Below, piece by piece: positions 26,941 to 39,941 of a stretch of 64,000 bases of DNA. Source of the DNA: Bugula neritina (lineage: Eukaryota > Animalia > Bryozoa); assembly GCA_964035545.1 (NCBI GenBank), contig OZ037767.1, positions 13,811,801 to 13,875,800 of the forward strand. Direction: 5' to 3'. The position numbers and the translations under genes were made by a program. Positions within the stretch are counted from its first letter, which is position 1, and every line of letters begins with the position of its first letter. The notes under the pieces are model-generated. The model had not been told where the DNA came from. It saw only the letters and a list, made by a program, of their open reading frames with translations, and made no database searches.

Positions 26941-28042
26941 TTGTATGTCATTTGTTGATACTTCTTTTCCTACAAAAGCTTCAAAGATATTCAAAATCCC
27001 ATCAACTTGAATTACAAATCTACCTTTTTGCCTAAGTAGCTTACACTATATCAGCTTTTAGCTGAAACTAACTTCCTGGTGATTAGAAGTTGTACTAACA
27101 TTGTCTAAGGTTAAAAATCAGTCACGGTTGTGTGGTTACAAACACCAGGTAGATTGTATGTGGACTTGGTGATCACCAGAAAAGCCATTAACCAGTACCT
27201 CTGATATGATTACATCTGTGAGGCTTTGAAGCCACTTGGCTACCTGGTTTAAGTCAGCAAGTAGTTGCAGCTTGTCAAAAGTACATATTAATTAAGAGTT
27301 GTGGATATGAAGAAGCCTCCGTGATTTTAACATCCGTACTGTGTCGAAACAGGGGTTGAAATTCTTGCGAGAACATAGTTTCTTTTGCTATAGTTTCTCT
27401 TCTAGAACACAGGCTTTTCTCTTTACTGCACCTAGCTCAAGATATCTATTGTTGCTGATTTTCTTCAGCAGCCAGGTGTTAGATGCTAGTTGTGGATTCC
27501 AGCAGAGGTAGGTGCAGTTATGGAGAAATTGAGAAAAGCCTGTGTTCTAGATTAGAAATGTAGTAATAAATGTGAAAATGTGAATGTGAAAAGCACTGCT
27601 TGTACCATAAGCTACAGTATGTGCTGAGGAGTCTGTTTATAATTAGAATGTCCTATAAAAGATGTAGTAATCAACTTATTAGAGATTATATATGTATTTT
27701 TTTGACAAATTATAATAACGTGCTCCCTCAATTTCTTACAGAAGTTCAGAGGACAAAATAAGGAATCCGTGAGGTAAATCTGGTAGTCTACTAAGTCACA
27801 AATTAAGATTTTAGGACTTCAGCTAACTGAGATATGGAGGGATCATTGTATGTTGAAAAGCCGGCCTTGATTCTAGTTTGAACCTTGGAGCAGTAACTGA
27901 CAATGTTAACCAAAACACCAGTAAATGAAATAGAATAACCACTAGTTGGGCTGGAAATAGAGTCTAGCTATCGTGTTTCTAGTTATTTCTAGCTCTCTAT
28001 TGCAAATCTATAGAGTGTAATATATGATATATAGTCAACAAA

Positions 28043-28200
28043 GGAGCTGTGGTCTAGTGGCTTAGTAAACATTAGGTCATAGGTTAAATCCCCAATCTAC
28101 TCCATGTTATTAACAAGATATACCATATAAAGTGGACTCAGCACTAAAGAGACCCTCTACAGCCAATAAGAAAAGGCTTATCACACCAAGAAATAACCTG
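28043..28200 (+). mobile_element. Degenerate SINE family B-related copy
   Basis: GGAGCTGTGGTCTAGTGGCTTAGTAAACATTAGGTCATAGGTTAAATCCC head. Confidence 0.5.
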
Positions 28201-29670
28201 TAATATATGGAATGTGAAAGTAGTCTCGAGTGCTTCTATATTATTGGAATTAGCATAATAAATACTGTATTATGCTAATATAAATCCTTTTCTAGCATTG
28301 CAGATGGGTAGTTCAAACATACAGGTAGCTCCTTTACCTTTGTGCTGTAGCATGTGATTATGTCAAATGTATGCTGGAGCTCCTTTTTAGCTTCCCATCA
28401 AGTCCAATTTAGCCATAAATTGTACAGATATTTTATTATATCATATTCAATACTTACAGTATATTACACATATAAAATAACGTATATATAAGAGTGGGTG
28501 GGGCTAGTTCATTTTTAAGCATTATAGGCTGTGAAGAAATATATTGCCTATCAAAAGACTATGGCACCACGAAAGTCAGTTATATATATGTTGCTGTCTT
28601 TGACCATGAAAACTAAATGCATAAATATTATTTTTACTCACTAAGATAGAGCCATTTTTGCCAGTTAGTTTTTTGTTCAACCGTCCTGTGGAAAAGTTGG
28701 GCCAATATGCCATTAACTTTAAAATATGAATTGTTTTTGCTATTAGGCAAGCTGATAAATGATTTATTAGAAATCAAGAGTAAGAAAATAAAACTAAATT
28801 GGCATATACAAATAACAGAAACAGAAACACCAACTATATAGCCCCACACTGTCATTCTACAAATTTTTGTCAATATCCAATGTGAATAAAATTTCCCTGT
28901 AACTTTACATCATTACCTAGCTTTGAGATCATATTGACAATACATGTCTGAATTTACTTGACTGGGCTAATAAAATTTGAAAAGTTATGCAACTTTTTAT
29001 AAAACATTGAATTTTTAATTTGCCCCTTTTTTATGCAGAAAATGTGAAAAATACTTGTTCACCTGAAAACTTCTGCTTTTATTTCATGTGTGTGCGCGTG
29101 CGCGCGTCAGTGTTTGGTAGTTCACCTAAATAGTTATTGAGTATAAGAGGTAAAATGCTGCAATGATTCAAAGAAGAAAATTTAGAGCATGTGGCTCAAC
29201 TATAAGCCCCATGGCTCAACTATAAGCCCCACTGTCCCCTAAATTATATGATAATATACTGATGCATATTCCACTTTGTAATTACTTAGACAAGAACAAT
29301 TTCTTTGGTTGAGATAGTAATTTACCACTATGGTAACATTTGATCAGAATTTGTGCAAAATAGATTGACAAACTAAATATATAAAGTTGCTCTCTAGTTG
29401 CCTAAGTTGCCCTCCATTATTCCACCAAAACTAACCTTGCGATCACCTTTTGATAAGTTTCTATGAAATTTTTGTAATAAAACTATAAGATTAGAAATAG
29501 TTGTATAAAATTAAATGTATTTTGTCTAACCATGATAGTCTAGGTAATAAATGTTTAAATTTGAACATCATGTAAAACATTCCATGTACATAATGTTTGA
29601 CACAATGTTGAACTGCTATAGGCAAAACTTACAGCTACTACCTTTCAAGACTTTTGTAATTTATCTAGAG

Positions 29671-29775
29671 CTGGGGTGTCCAACCTTCTCAGATTGAGGG
29701 CCACTGAAATGGAATACTACATGCATGGTGAGGGCCACATTGCAAAATTTAGCTTGAGCTGAGGGGCCACAGCAT
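29671..29775 (+). mobile_element. Left end of a hAT/Charlie-like non-autonomous element
   Basis: CTGGGGTGTCCAAC terminus followed by three GGGCCAC subterminal repeats; no right end recognised. Confidence 0.45.
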
Positions 29776-30391
29776 CAGTATTTTTCAAATTGATTTCTTG
29801 TGACACATTACACAATAATTACTGCAAGCTGCATGTTTTTAGCATGTATATAAATAAGTGGTTTTTCCACTCCAATTCAAATATGTGAGCAAAATAATTC
29901 AACGTTGTGTCAAACATTATGTATAACCGAATGTTTTACATATTTAAATTGAAAAATTCAGTACCCAGACTATCATGGTTATGAGACGAATAGTATTTAA
30001 TTTTTATACAACAATTACTCTTCTTAGAATTTTATTACATGCATTTTGTAAAAGCTTATCCAAAGGTGATCACAAGGTTAGTTTTGGTGTTCCTTTAAGT
30101 TATAGAAAGTTTGATGTGTCTCAGAGTTTTAATAAATTTTTACTAAACAAATATTTTAAAGTTTAAAATTTTGAAATTTCTAATCGTATGCATATTGATT
30201 TTTTGTGTGGTCTATGTTTAGTTTCAGTCATTTTTGATATAATTATCAGTAAAATAGAATAAAATAATTCAATAAAATGTAGTTTCGTATATTACTAACT
30301 GATTTCGCACAATCAACTTTTAAAACTGTAGACTGTAACCTGGCTGTGGGTCTATTGCTTGGGTCTGTAAATTATAATTTTTTTGAAGTAA

Positions 30392-30485
30392 ATAATATAC
30401 AACACAAAATAGAAATTTCAAAACACTTTTATCAACCATGGTTGATAAAAGTGTTTTGAAATTTCTATTTTGTGTTGTATATTAT
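30392..30485. repeat. Perfect 94-bp spacerless palindrome
   Basis: 47-bp arms, exact reverse complements, centred on CCATGG. Confidence 0.95.
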
Positions 30486-30678
30486 ATCAGATTCTGTCAT
30501 CTTCAGCAGGTTCCAAGCTAACAGTTTTCTCTTCATTGTAACTATTTGAACTTTTGAACTGTTTAAATTTTTTTCAATATTTTGATAAATCTAAAATATG
30601 TCTTAAGAATTCAATGTATGAATTATTGATGAGGTTGAAACACTGTATTATCATTTATGATGTAACTTTTAGATAAAG

Positions 30679-32981
30679 ATGTTTGCAAGAAAACAATTTT
30701 CAAAAATGCTGGTGGCTGTATGCATCCTGCTGGTGCTTACCATCATCTGGCCAATAGACACTTGGGTAGGGCTTCTGAGTGACAAGGATGAGGCTGTAGT
30801 CAAACTGTATAGCAACCTCCGTATTCAACCCATACCGCCTATAAAGCTGAGAAATCACACTATACAGAGGTTGGTAGTTCAAAAATCAGTTTATAAGCAG
30901 CTCAGAGTTTGGGGTGATAGAGTGCACTGTTTGGAAATTGGTTGGGGGCTCCAAGTTCCAATTTAAAACCCCCAACTACAAACTGTTGCACTCAGTCACC
31001 TCCAACTTGGGGCCGCTTATAGAACGATTGGAAAATCACGAACTGCCAGAATATTGCTTAAAGTAGCACCAAGTTGGTGGTCACTGAATGCATTGGTTGA
31101 GAGATTTCAAGTTTGGAGTTGGGGTCTGGTTTTCGGGCACCAATGGGTGTACGAATACTCTACTCAATCATCCTGAACTCGGTGCTGCTTCTAGTGATTT
31201 TCTGGCAGCTATATCGGGCAGTACGTTTATTTTATTTTGATTTATCTCTGAGTTGAAGAGAGTAGCCTATTAGGTATCCTAATCAAATTTAATCATGGTG
31301 TTTTAAAATGGTTCGTTTTATAAAAAAATTGAGCTATATACAATGAATGTTAAAAGCCTAAGATTTTTCTCTAAAAGCTGTTCTTTTCTTTTTTCACTAT
31401 CCAGATTTATTTAATTTAGGACTGGGTAATAAATCAGACAATGTAGCATATGGGTAATAATAACTCAAGTTTCAATGAGTAGAAAACTCCTAATTGGGTC
31501 TTCATTTGCCTAATTATCTGGGCTAATTATTTCGCTATCATGCAATTTAGTTGAAGTAAAGGTAAATTGGATAAGCATGTTTAAGCACTATAGTAATTAG
31601 ATAACTTTGACTTGACTAGATAATTGTGAAGTATTAGTTAGACTGCACAGTAGTAAAAATGTCCTTGTTAGTCATTTTAATTGGATTATTGACAATTTTT
31701 TGGTACAATAAAGCAAAATTGTTATTCTTTTAATTAAGTTCTCTGAACAGATCACTAAGCACTTAGCCTGTAATAAAACAAGAAACTGATTTAAAATTAG
31801 AAGAAATAAGACAACTCTAACTGTTATAACATATTTTATATGAATCTGATGGTATATGTATGTATATATGATAAGTTAATGGAAGTGATTAAAGTAATAA
31901 CTGGTATTATTTTAGGTATAATAGGTAGCATAGTTGATAATTTTACTTCTATATAATTCACTCTAATGAAAATGATGTTAATTCGTATTGAAAAATATGT
32001 TGAGTTTCAATAGTAAATATTGCTTTGAAAATAATCATGCAGTAAAAAATTGCACATTTTACATTAAGTTTATGCTTGTTTTTGGACTATGTGTTATGTT
32101 TTGTTTTTAGATTAAGTAAAGACATTTTTGTTAAAGAAAATAGCAAAGATCCAGCCTATGAGCACGCTCACTCCTATCTCTACGAAACCCTCATAGAACC
32201 GAGAGTGCAATGCAGCTCAACAACCTTCTTGTTTATAGGAGTCATAAGTAGACCAAGTAGCTTCAAACATCGGGAAGCTTATCGGGAGACAGTATTGCAC
32301 CCCATAGTCAATGGATGTATCGAAGAAATGCGCTATTTATTTATATTAGGAAATAGTAACAATTACGAAGTACAACAAAACCTAAAAGAAGAAAATGAAA
32401 AGTATGGAGATATTCTTCAAGGCAACTTTACGGATTCATATCAAAATCTAACTTATAAGACGCTTTTCCTCATCAACTGGTCTCTACAGAACTGTCCAGC
32501 AGCTCAGTTTACCTTCAAGTTAGATGATGATGTATTTGCCGTGATAGAAGATGTACATAGATATCTAAAGCTCAACTCCTTTAGTGATTATACAATACTC
32601 GGTTATGTCTTTAGAGGCGCCAAGCCAAACCGTGACACGTCTAGCAAATGGCACGTGAAAAACTTCAATGGAACAGAATATCCTGTTTACGTTAGTGGCA
32701 CTGCTTACCTTTTATCTGTAAGCTTATTACGACCTCTTTTTCAATCAGCCATGTCTTTAACTTTCATGAGAATTGAAGACGTCTTTGTTACCGGGGTGTC
32801 AGCCAAAGACACTGGACTTAAAATTAGTTTTCTTCAATTCCCTGGATTCACTTTTTATGAGAGAAAGTTTAACCCTGACCAAATAGACTTTAGATCAAAG
32901 AAATCTATACACGGAGTCAATACAAAGCAATTACAGTTTTTGTATGACAAAATGATTATGGAGAACTCAAGCAGGTGTTAG
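30679..32981 (+). CDS. Beta-1,3-galactosyltransferase-like (CAZy GT31) type II Golgi glycosyltransferase, about 353 aa
   Basis: Exons 30679-30869 (short tail plus TM anchor LVAVCILLVLTIIW; donor AG|GTTGGT, phase 2) and 32111-32981 (acceptor TTTTTAG|A). GT31 motifs: EENEKYGDILQGNFTDSYQNLTYK, KLDDDVF (DxD), PNRDTSSKWHV, YPVYVSGTAY, EDVFVTG. Confidence 0.9.
30890..31197. mobile_element. Two adjacent hairpin MITEs of family D (about 30890-31025 and 31058-31197)
   Basis: TIR consensus TAAGCAGCNCNRAGTTGGNGGTSACTGAGTGCA ... TGCACTCAGTCACC..AACT.GG.GC.GCTT. Confidence 0.7.
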
Positions 32982-33809
32982 CATAGGTGAAACATATCTA
33001 CCTTAACAATTTAATTGATGCTCAAGTTTTCTTACTTTTTAAAAAGTTACAATTGAACAAGTTCGTTGACCTGGAAATTTTATTGTATTTCAATTTAAAT
33101 GAATTATGTATAGACATAATTATTTTTTTATCAACAAATCATTCTATAATTTTAATCATTACCTTTTTCACAATAAACAATTGAAGTTAGACATGTAGGC
33201 TTAACTACATTAGTTTATGGTCTCGTTGAGATTGAAAGTCAATGCAAAAGATCAGCAAGTGAATATCACAAATACGAGTAATATGTTAAAACTTGCTCAA
33301 AAGGACCAACTGTTTAAATATATCAAAGTAATCTATGTTAACACTCTTATTGTTAACTTATAACTAATATTTTGTTATACTACATGTGACACGTGTTCAT
33401 AATGGCCACTGCTAGCACACCTATGAGTCACCATCTGGGTTTAAAACTGAAGTTATCTGCTCAATGTTCATATAAGCTATTTCGAAGAGAGACAACTCTT
33501 ACAGAGCTGTCATAGACGTTCCAATAATGTGATGTCAAAGATTTTTTTCAAATCCTATCGCGAGAAAGTTTGCAACCGATAAGTTTAACTTGTAAGCTTA
33601 ATCCGTAAGACTACTTCAGCGAGTATAGTGATTGCAGAATATCTATTCTGTGTGAGCATGTTATATTTTCCCACAACTTTTGATTATGATCAAATAGTCA
33701 ATACCTTTATATTCAAGTACAACATCTTAAATCAAATAATATAATATGTTACAATATATCTTGCATCATGTTGTGTTAACAACTTACATCATAATATATA
33801 GATTTATAA

Positions 33810-33988
33810 TCGCTATCTCTGTGAGAGCCCCTAGCTGATGGAAAAAGATTTATTCTTTAGCAGATTCTTGCTATTTGTGACACTAGATGCTCTTCCTAAC
33901 ATCACCAATGGCTTTTTCTGGGATTCAAACCACTGCATGGCCTCTGTTTGCCAAGTCAGTGCTTTAACCGCTAGACCACAGCTGTTCT
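33810..33988 (-). mobile_element. SINE family B copy
   Basis: Reverse complement of the core (GATGCTCTTCCTAACATCACCAATGG) and of the head. Confidence 0.8.
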
Positions 33989-34736
33989 ATTGCATAGTAA
34001 TATAAAATTGTATGCATAAGCTTAAAACTGTTGGCTGAATGTATGAAATAGTTTTGCTGTTGACACGTTTTACTCTGGAAGTTATGACTGAGAGAGTACT
34101 AGGTCGACTTTGGCAGCACTCCTATGGAGCTGATGATACATTATGTTAAGTCTGATAGAATCATTTAATATTAATTATAGTGTAGTTAATCATTATTAAA
34201 TTATTATATAACTTTGACTAAACTATGACATCATAATGAGTACAAAAAAGGGGAAAATAAAGAATTTTTTGCAAACTTTCATACCGGAAAAATTTTGAAT
34301 AAATAACCATAATATTTGACAAAAATATAATACTGTATAGTCATGGCTTTATAGAAATATTACATATAGTTAATATATTTGAAATAGCAGTTATGTAGTG
34401 AATATTATATAATGCTAAGTTAAATATTTCTACATAAATAATTTATACAATTAAATCGATGAAATGCAAAATATTGGTAGTTTTTATGAAGACATGAGAT
34501 GACGACCCTAGAAATAATTGTTGAAGAGCTTTGCTAACACCACAGACACTAGTGAGCTTGTGAGAAAACTCCCAAGCCTAGATGTAGTATAAAGTATAAA
34601 GTATGAAGTATGAAGGTATGAATAATTACACATCCCCATTCAGGCTTCAATGTACTAAAAGTTATGTGTTATTGCAGGTAAAGAAATACTATATCTATGT
34701 AAAGAAACGCATGCACTGTAACTGGCATAATATACT

Positions 34737-34920
34737 GGCCGCTGCTAAGGCTTGACAATTGTAAACAAATAATTACCTATAAATTATTTTAGATTTGCTA
34801 ACTTTAAAGACATGTAAATTTCTCAAAACTGCAAAATGAATGTTATAAAAACGCTGAGGTTTTTAAATCCATTTGCATGATAGACTTTAAATAAAGTGCA
34901 ACATGTTTGAACAGGTCTAC
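34737..34920 (+). repeat. Dispersed repeat, second copy at 41811-42005
   Basis: Shared GCTAAGGCTTG..AATTGTAAACAAATAATT...AACTTTAAA...GACTT.AAATAAAGTGCAA.ATGTT. Confidence 0.7.
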
Positions 34921-35305
34921 TTTATAATTCCTCGGTAATAACTTAGTTTGAAAAAATTCATATATACGCATTCCTGTTTGTGGAGATGAGTCACAATTAT
35001 TGTCATCAACGTGTGTTGCGTTTATTATCATACCATTTAAATTTTTCAAAATGATTCAGAATTATATTTATAACTTTTATATTCTTTAAGTGTTTTTATG
35101 AGTAACAAAGACATTCAGCAAATTAGAAACTAGCTTCATTTCCAACCATTCTTTTATACCAATAACATGAGGGTTGCACTGCTACTACTTTGAAGTTATG
35201 CTGTTGACATAGTTGTTATGACATGTGCACTTGTAAAGATATCTTGTGCCAATATAATATTTAGTTCTGCATGCATGCTTTATAGAACTTATTTCTTGTA
35301 TGCCA

Positions 35306-35618
<313 letters not shown>

Positions 35619-35849
35619 TGATATATACATAGCCAATTTTTTTAACATATCATTTCTTTTAATGAACTTACTGCCTTACTACTGCAATCTATTTTGCCAC
35701 AATATCATATGTGTTAATTTCTATGTAATTATTATGTAATTAAATGTAATTAATTTCGCACAATCAGTGAAAATGTGGGTGATCAGTTGCTATAACGCAC
35801 TGTGTGATAGTTGGGAAGTCGCGTGGGATTGACCATGCGGTGTTGCAGG

Positions 35850-36192
35850 GTTAGCCAATGGTAAACCGTTAGTATACATTTTGCTCTCTGATTTGCTTTA
35901 TATGCGATTAAAGTCCAATCAAAATACAAATGAAGCAGCTAACTTCAAAGTTCTAAACTGTAACGGGGGTATCAATCATCCACTTGGTTTATAAAGTCAA
36001 TAAATATGTTGACTATAAACTATAAAACAAAGTGAAATAATAACACGTGAACCGGACTCGGTGTTCCTGATACTCGCAGTCTTCAAGTAGCAGTACACAC
36101 GCCGCTGCACCCCACCTACTTCTGAAAAATCTGATTGAGTTTTTCTCAACCCAGTTTCCTTTAACTTTGCCATCGACTTCTTCAAAATTTTG
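35850..36192 (+). promoter_or_regulatory. Putative calpain promoter and non-coding first exon
   Basis: Local CpG enrichment. CCAAT at 35855 and 35915; TATAAA at 36014 and 36021. A GC-richer stretch then ends at a consensus donor TG|GTAAGT (36193). The ATG exon at 42206 has an acceptor (CCTGTAG) and so needs an upstream exon. Confidence 0.5.
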
Positions 36193-38924
36193 GTAAGTAA
36201 TTGATTAGTTGAATTCTTTGTACTGTTATAGCCACCATCATGTGAACCATTGACCAAATTTGTTCTATTGGTATTACTATTAGTATTAGTATTAGTATTA
36301 CTCTAATAGTAATACTAATAAGTAATAGTAATACTAATAGTAATACTAACAGTAATCGACATAGTAATACTATTAGTAATACTAATGCTAATACTATTAG
36401 CATTAGTATTACTATTACTATGTCTATTAGTATTACTATTAGTATAACTTATAAGTATCACTATTAGTATTAGTATTACTATTAGTATAACTATAAATAA
36501 GTATAAGTACCTATTTGATTTTAAATGTATGCATGATAAATATAATGATTAACATTTAAAGCCAAAGTAAAACTGAAGATAGAGTGCTGCTCATGTGTTA
36601 TCATAACACAGCTGCTATGACTTGTGTGCCCTGTACGACTGCAGCAGTATGAGTATGAGCATCAGTGCTACTGCTGGTGTTAAACTTACCCTCAGTCTTA
36701 CTATCACTATGACTTTTAGACTTAGTTAGTCTAATACTAATACTAATAGTAATACTAATACTAGTAGCACTAGCAATACTCATACTATTTTTAAAGACTA
36801 AGTGCAAGTGAAAAGATTTTTATAATCATAATGATAATGTTATTACTATTAGAGAAACTAGCCATCACCATGACCATGAGACAGAGAAAATTACTGTCTA
36901 ATAACTTTAAAATTTTCTATTCGTATTCGATCCGAGTCTTCAGCTATTAGCATTACATTTAGTACCTGTGCAGTTAATATGAAGAATCGTGCCTGGGAGT
37001 GTCTGTATCGGGTTTGGTGATAGTGATAGTGATAGTGATAGTACCAGTATGGACATTATGGTTATGATTATTTACTCTAATGTTAAAATTAAACAAACTT
37101 TGCTCTAGAAACTCTTCCCTAGTTTAATTACTAATATGTAATGCATTTATGACCATAGTGATAATATCAAATCACTCTTGCAATCACTTGCAGTTCCAGT
37201 GGTTTATAAGCCTGACAAATTACTGGCAATGTAGAGCTTTTTGCAAAAACATTGAAAAACTAACGGCCAATGCAAGCTTTTCTCCTTCGAAATTGATAGA
37301 TAGATATAGAGTATTTTTTATTCTCAATTTCAAAGTAATTGTAAAACCCAATTTTTGACTGGTTCTTGTTATAAATACAGTTTTTATTATCAGAAGAATA
37401 ATTCTAACTGATGATGCAAATTATTGCTAAAACTTGCTCATAAAATAAAATTTCATGGTGGCATTAATATTTTAATCATCATAGTACAATAATATTATAC
37501 TGATATAAAATTCTCAACTCATGTAAAGGTAATATGCAAAAAGTAGCCAATCATTAGCTTTGTAACTAACTTTTAAAATTTACTGTAGTCAACATGAACC
37601 TTAGTATGGGTAAGTGATATTGTTTTACTGATGTGGTTTGATTTTTATGTTCACAATCAGCGAGTTACTTCGTAAAACTTGAGTGTTGAAAACTCTCTGT
37701 TTTAATTCCTAACCAAATTTATTTTAGCTAAATACCTATAAGGGACTGTTTGAATTGAAAGATGGGGTTGGGTATTGAAATTGTCAAACTTTTAATTTTC
37801 TTTCCCCTAATATCATAGCTGTTTACCAGAACATTATATTTGTTATGTGTAACATTTGACCTTATTGATGTTGACTAAACCAATACTAAACTCATTCATC
37901 TCCCCAATAATATGTGACCAGTCGCGACAAAACCGGGGATGTGGCGGCGTTTATAAAGTGTAGTAAATGAAGGTTTAATTTGGATATACTTAAATTTGAA
38001 ATTAATTTTCAGTTTTTAGGTTTTGAACTTTTCTAATACAAAAAAATCCAAGGATTTCAAAAATCACACTTTCGCAAGCATTTGATGATTCCTTCAGCTT
38101 CAAAATTGCATTTAAAGTTGGTAACTAAGGCATTCAATTTTTTAAATGGTGAAAAATTTGCGAAGTTATCAAATAAAGAAAGAAGACAATTTTAGTCATT
38201 TTCATAGCGTGAGATCTTGCAAATTTATTTTTTATCAAATGAATTTAGCTTACACCTCTTTCTTCGCATTGTCAGAAGCATCGTATTTAAAATCGCAGGT
38301 TAGTTTTAGTTTTTCATCGTGCTCCATCCAAAGTTAGCTTTTAAGTTACTGAGCTGTTTTGCCCTTTGGTGATAAATGCTAAACTTAATTTTTATCTTTA
38401 GCGTTCAAGCTTAAAAATCACAACAATACAGGTAATTATACTTAAAACCATCCTTTACGCTATTAACTTAGAATTGTTGCCAGGATTATTTGTAGTTATC
38501 AATTTATTTATATTCATACTATCACTAGGACTGGAGTATGTCTATTCTTATTCTATACTAGTAACTATTTAAATGACTCTCACTATGACTCACAGTTTGA
38601 GGTACGGTTACTCATAATGATAATCATAATGAATATTATTCATGATTTACTGATACAGGTATTTGGCAGTAAAACTAAATGTAGCTCATTAATATTAATA
38701 GTATAAGTAATAATTAATAATTATAAATTCACTATTTGAGTCTGACTCTGAGTTTCACCTTCGGTCTTAAAACTTGATACTTATACTGATAGTATTATAT
38801 TTATTAATTTATTCTATAGTTGATATTTAAATTTACTTTGGACTTATTCTTAGTAACTTTTAACCTCTGTCTTAGATTTTGTGAATACAGTTACTGATTA
38901 CTATTACTATTATAGTATTATCAA

Positions 38925-39941
38925 ATGTCGAGTGTGTGCGATGTGACATCCGGAGTACCTCAAGGCTCAGTCCTAGGGCCTACACTTTTCCTTGTATATA
39001 TCAACGATCTACCAGATGTAGTAACTTGTAACATTAGCCTTTATGCAGATGATACCCTCTTATATCAGGAAGTCAACTGCTACGAGGAATCGGTGGAATT
39101 TCAAAAAAACATTGATGCTGTACAAGCATGGTCGCAGAAATGGAAAATGCCATTTAACGCATCTAAATGCCATGCAATAGCATTCAACAAAAGAAGCCAA
39201 ACACCCGCGTATAAACTAGGTGATGCTGACATACCTTGGACAGACAAGACTCGCTATCTTGGTATCACGCTCCAGCAAGATCTAAAGTTTGACCAACACA
39301 TCGCTCAAAAAACCAGCAAAGCAACCAAAATTCTTGGGGCTATAAAATACACACTACACTCTGCACCTACCAAAAGCCGATTATTGGCATACACTAGCCT
39401 GTGTCGACCGATACTGGAGTATGGGGACACTCTATGGGATCCCACCAGTAAACAGACCATTGAATTCATAGAAAGTGTTCAACGGAAAGCTGTCCGCTTC
39501 ATAAGTACTGTTAAAGGACGGGAAAGTGTCACTGAAGCCAGAAATCTTCTTGAACTGGTACCACTAGAATCCAGAAGACGAAACCATCGAATGACATTAC
39601 TACACAAAATTCTAGAAAATGAAACCAGCAATAATACTTTATCTTCTAATTATGATGAGATCGTCAACAACCGCTTAAATACAACTATGACCACTAGAGC
39701 TGCGAGCAGAGGACAGTTAACATCAATATCTGCAAAGACTAGTGTCTACCACAACAGCTTCCTTCCCCGAACAATACGGGACTTGAGAATAAATGTTCAT
39801 GAATAATTAGAAAAAAAAATCAGTGACATGCTGATTCACTGCCTACCCACTGTAACACACTGTTATAAACGAGGCATTTAACTTACACATTTTTGTGATA
39901 TCTAAATGTTCTATCGACACAGAGTGAGTACAGAGTGAGTA
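38925..39941 (+). mobile_element. 5'-truncated non-LTR retrotransposon (CR1/L2 group) with uninterrupted C-terminal RT ORF 38925-39806 and 3' UTR
   Basis: GVPQGSVLGPTLFLVYINDLP, LYADD, WKMPFNASKC, YLGI, RPILEY...WDP, IESVQRKAVRF. The 3' end is a tandem tail (CAGAGTGAGTA)x2. The N-terminal RT and endonuclease are absent. Confidence 0.9.

Noticed and set aside
27742-28325. 5' UTR exons of the GT31 gene (27742-27773 and about 28304-28324)
   Set aside because: AG/GT pairs exist, but non-coding exons cannot be validated without transcripts.
28490-29241. DNA transposon bounded by GTGGGGCT...AGCCCCAC ends
   Set aside because: The right end (with a duplicated ATGGCTCAACTATAAGCCCC) looks TE-like, but the left match is too short to define an element.
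38925-39806. Domesticated RT gene or retron-like system
   Set aside because: Begins mid-RT domain, has a LINE-type tandem 3' tail and no promoter or associated ncRNA; a typical 5'-truncated insertion.
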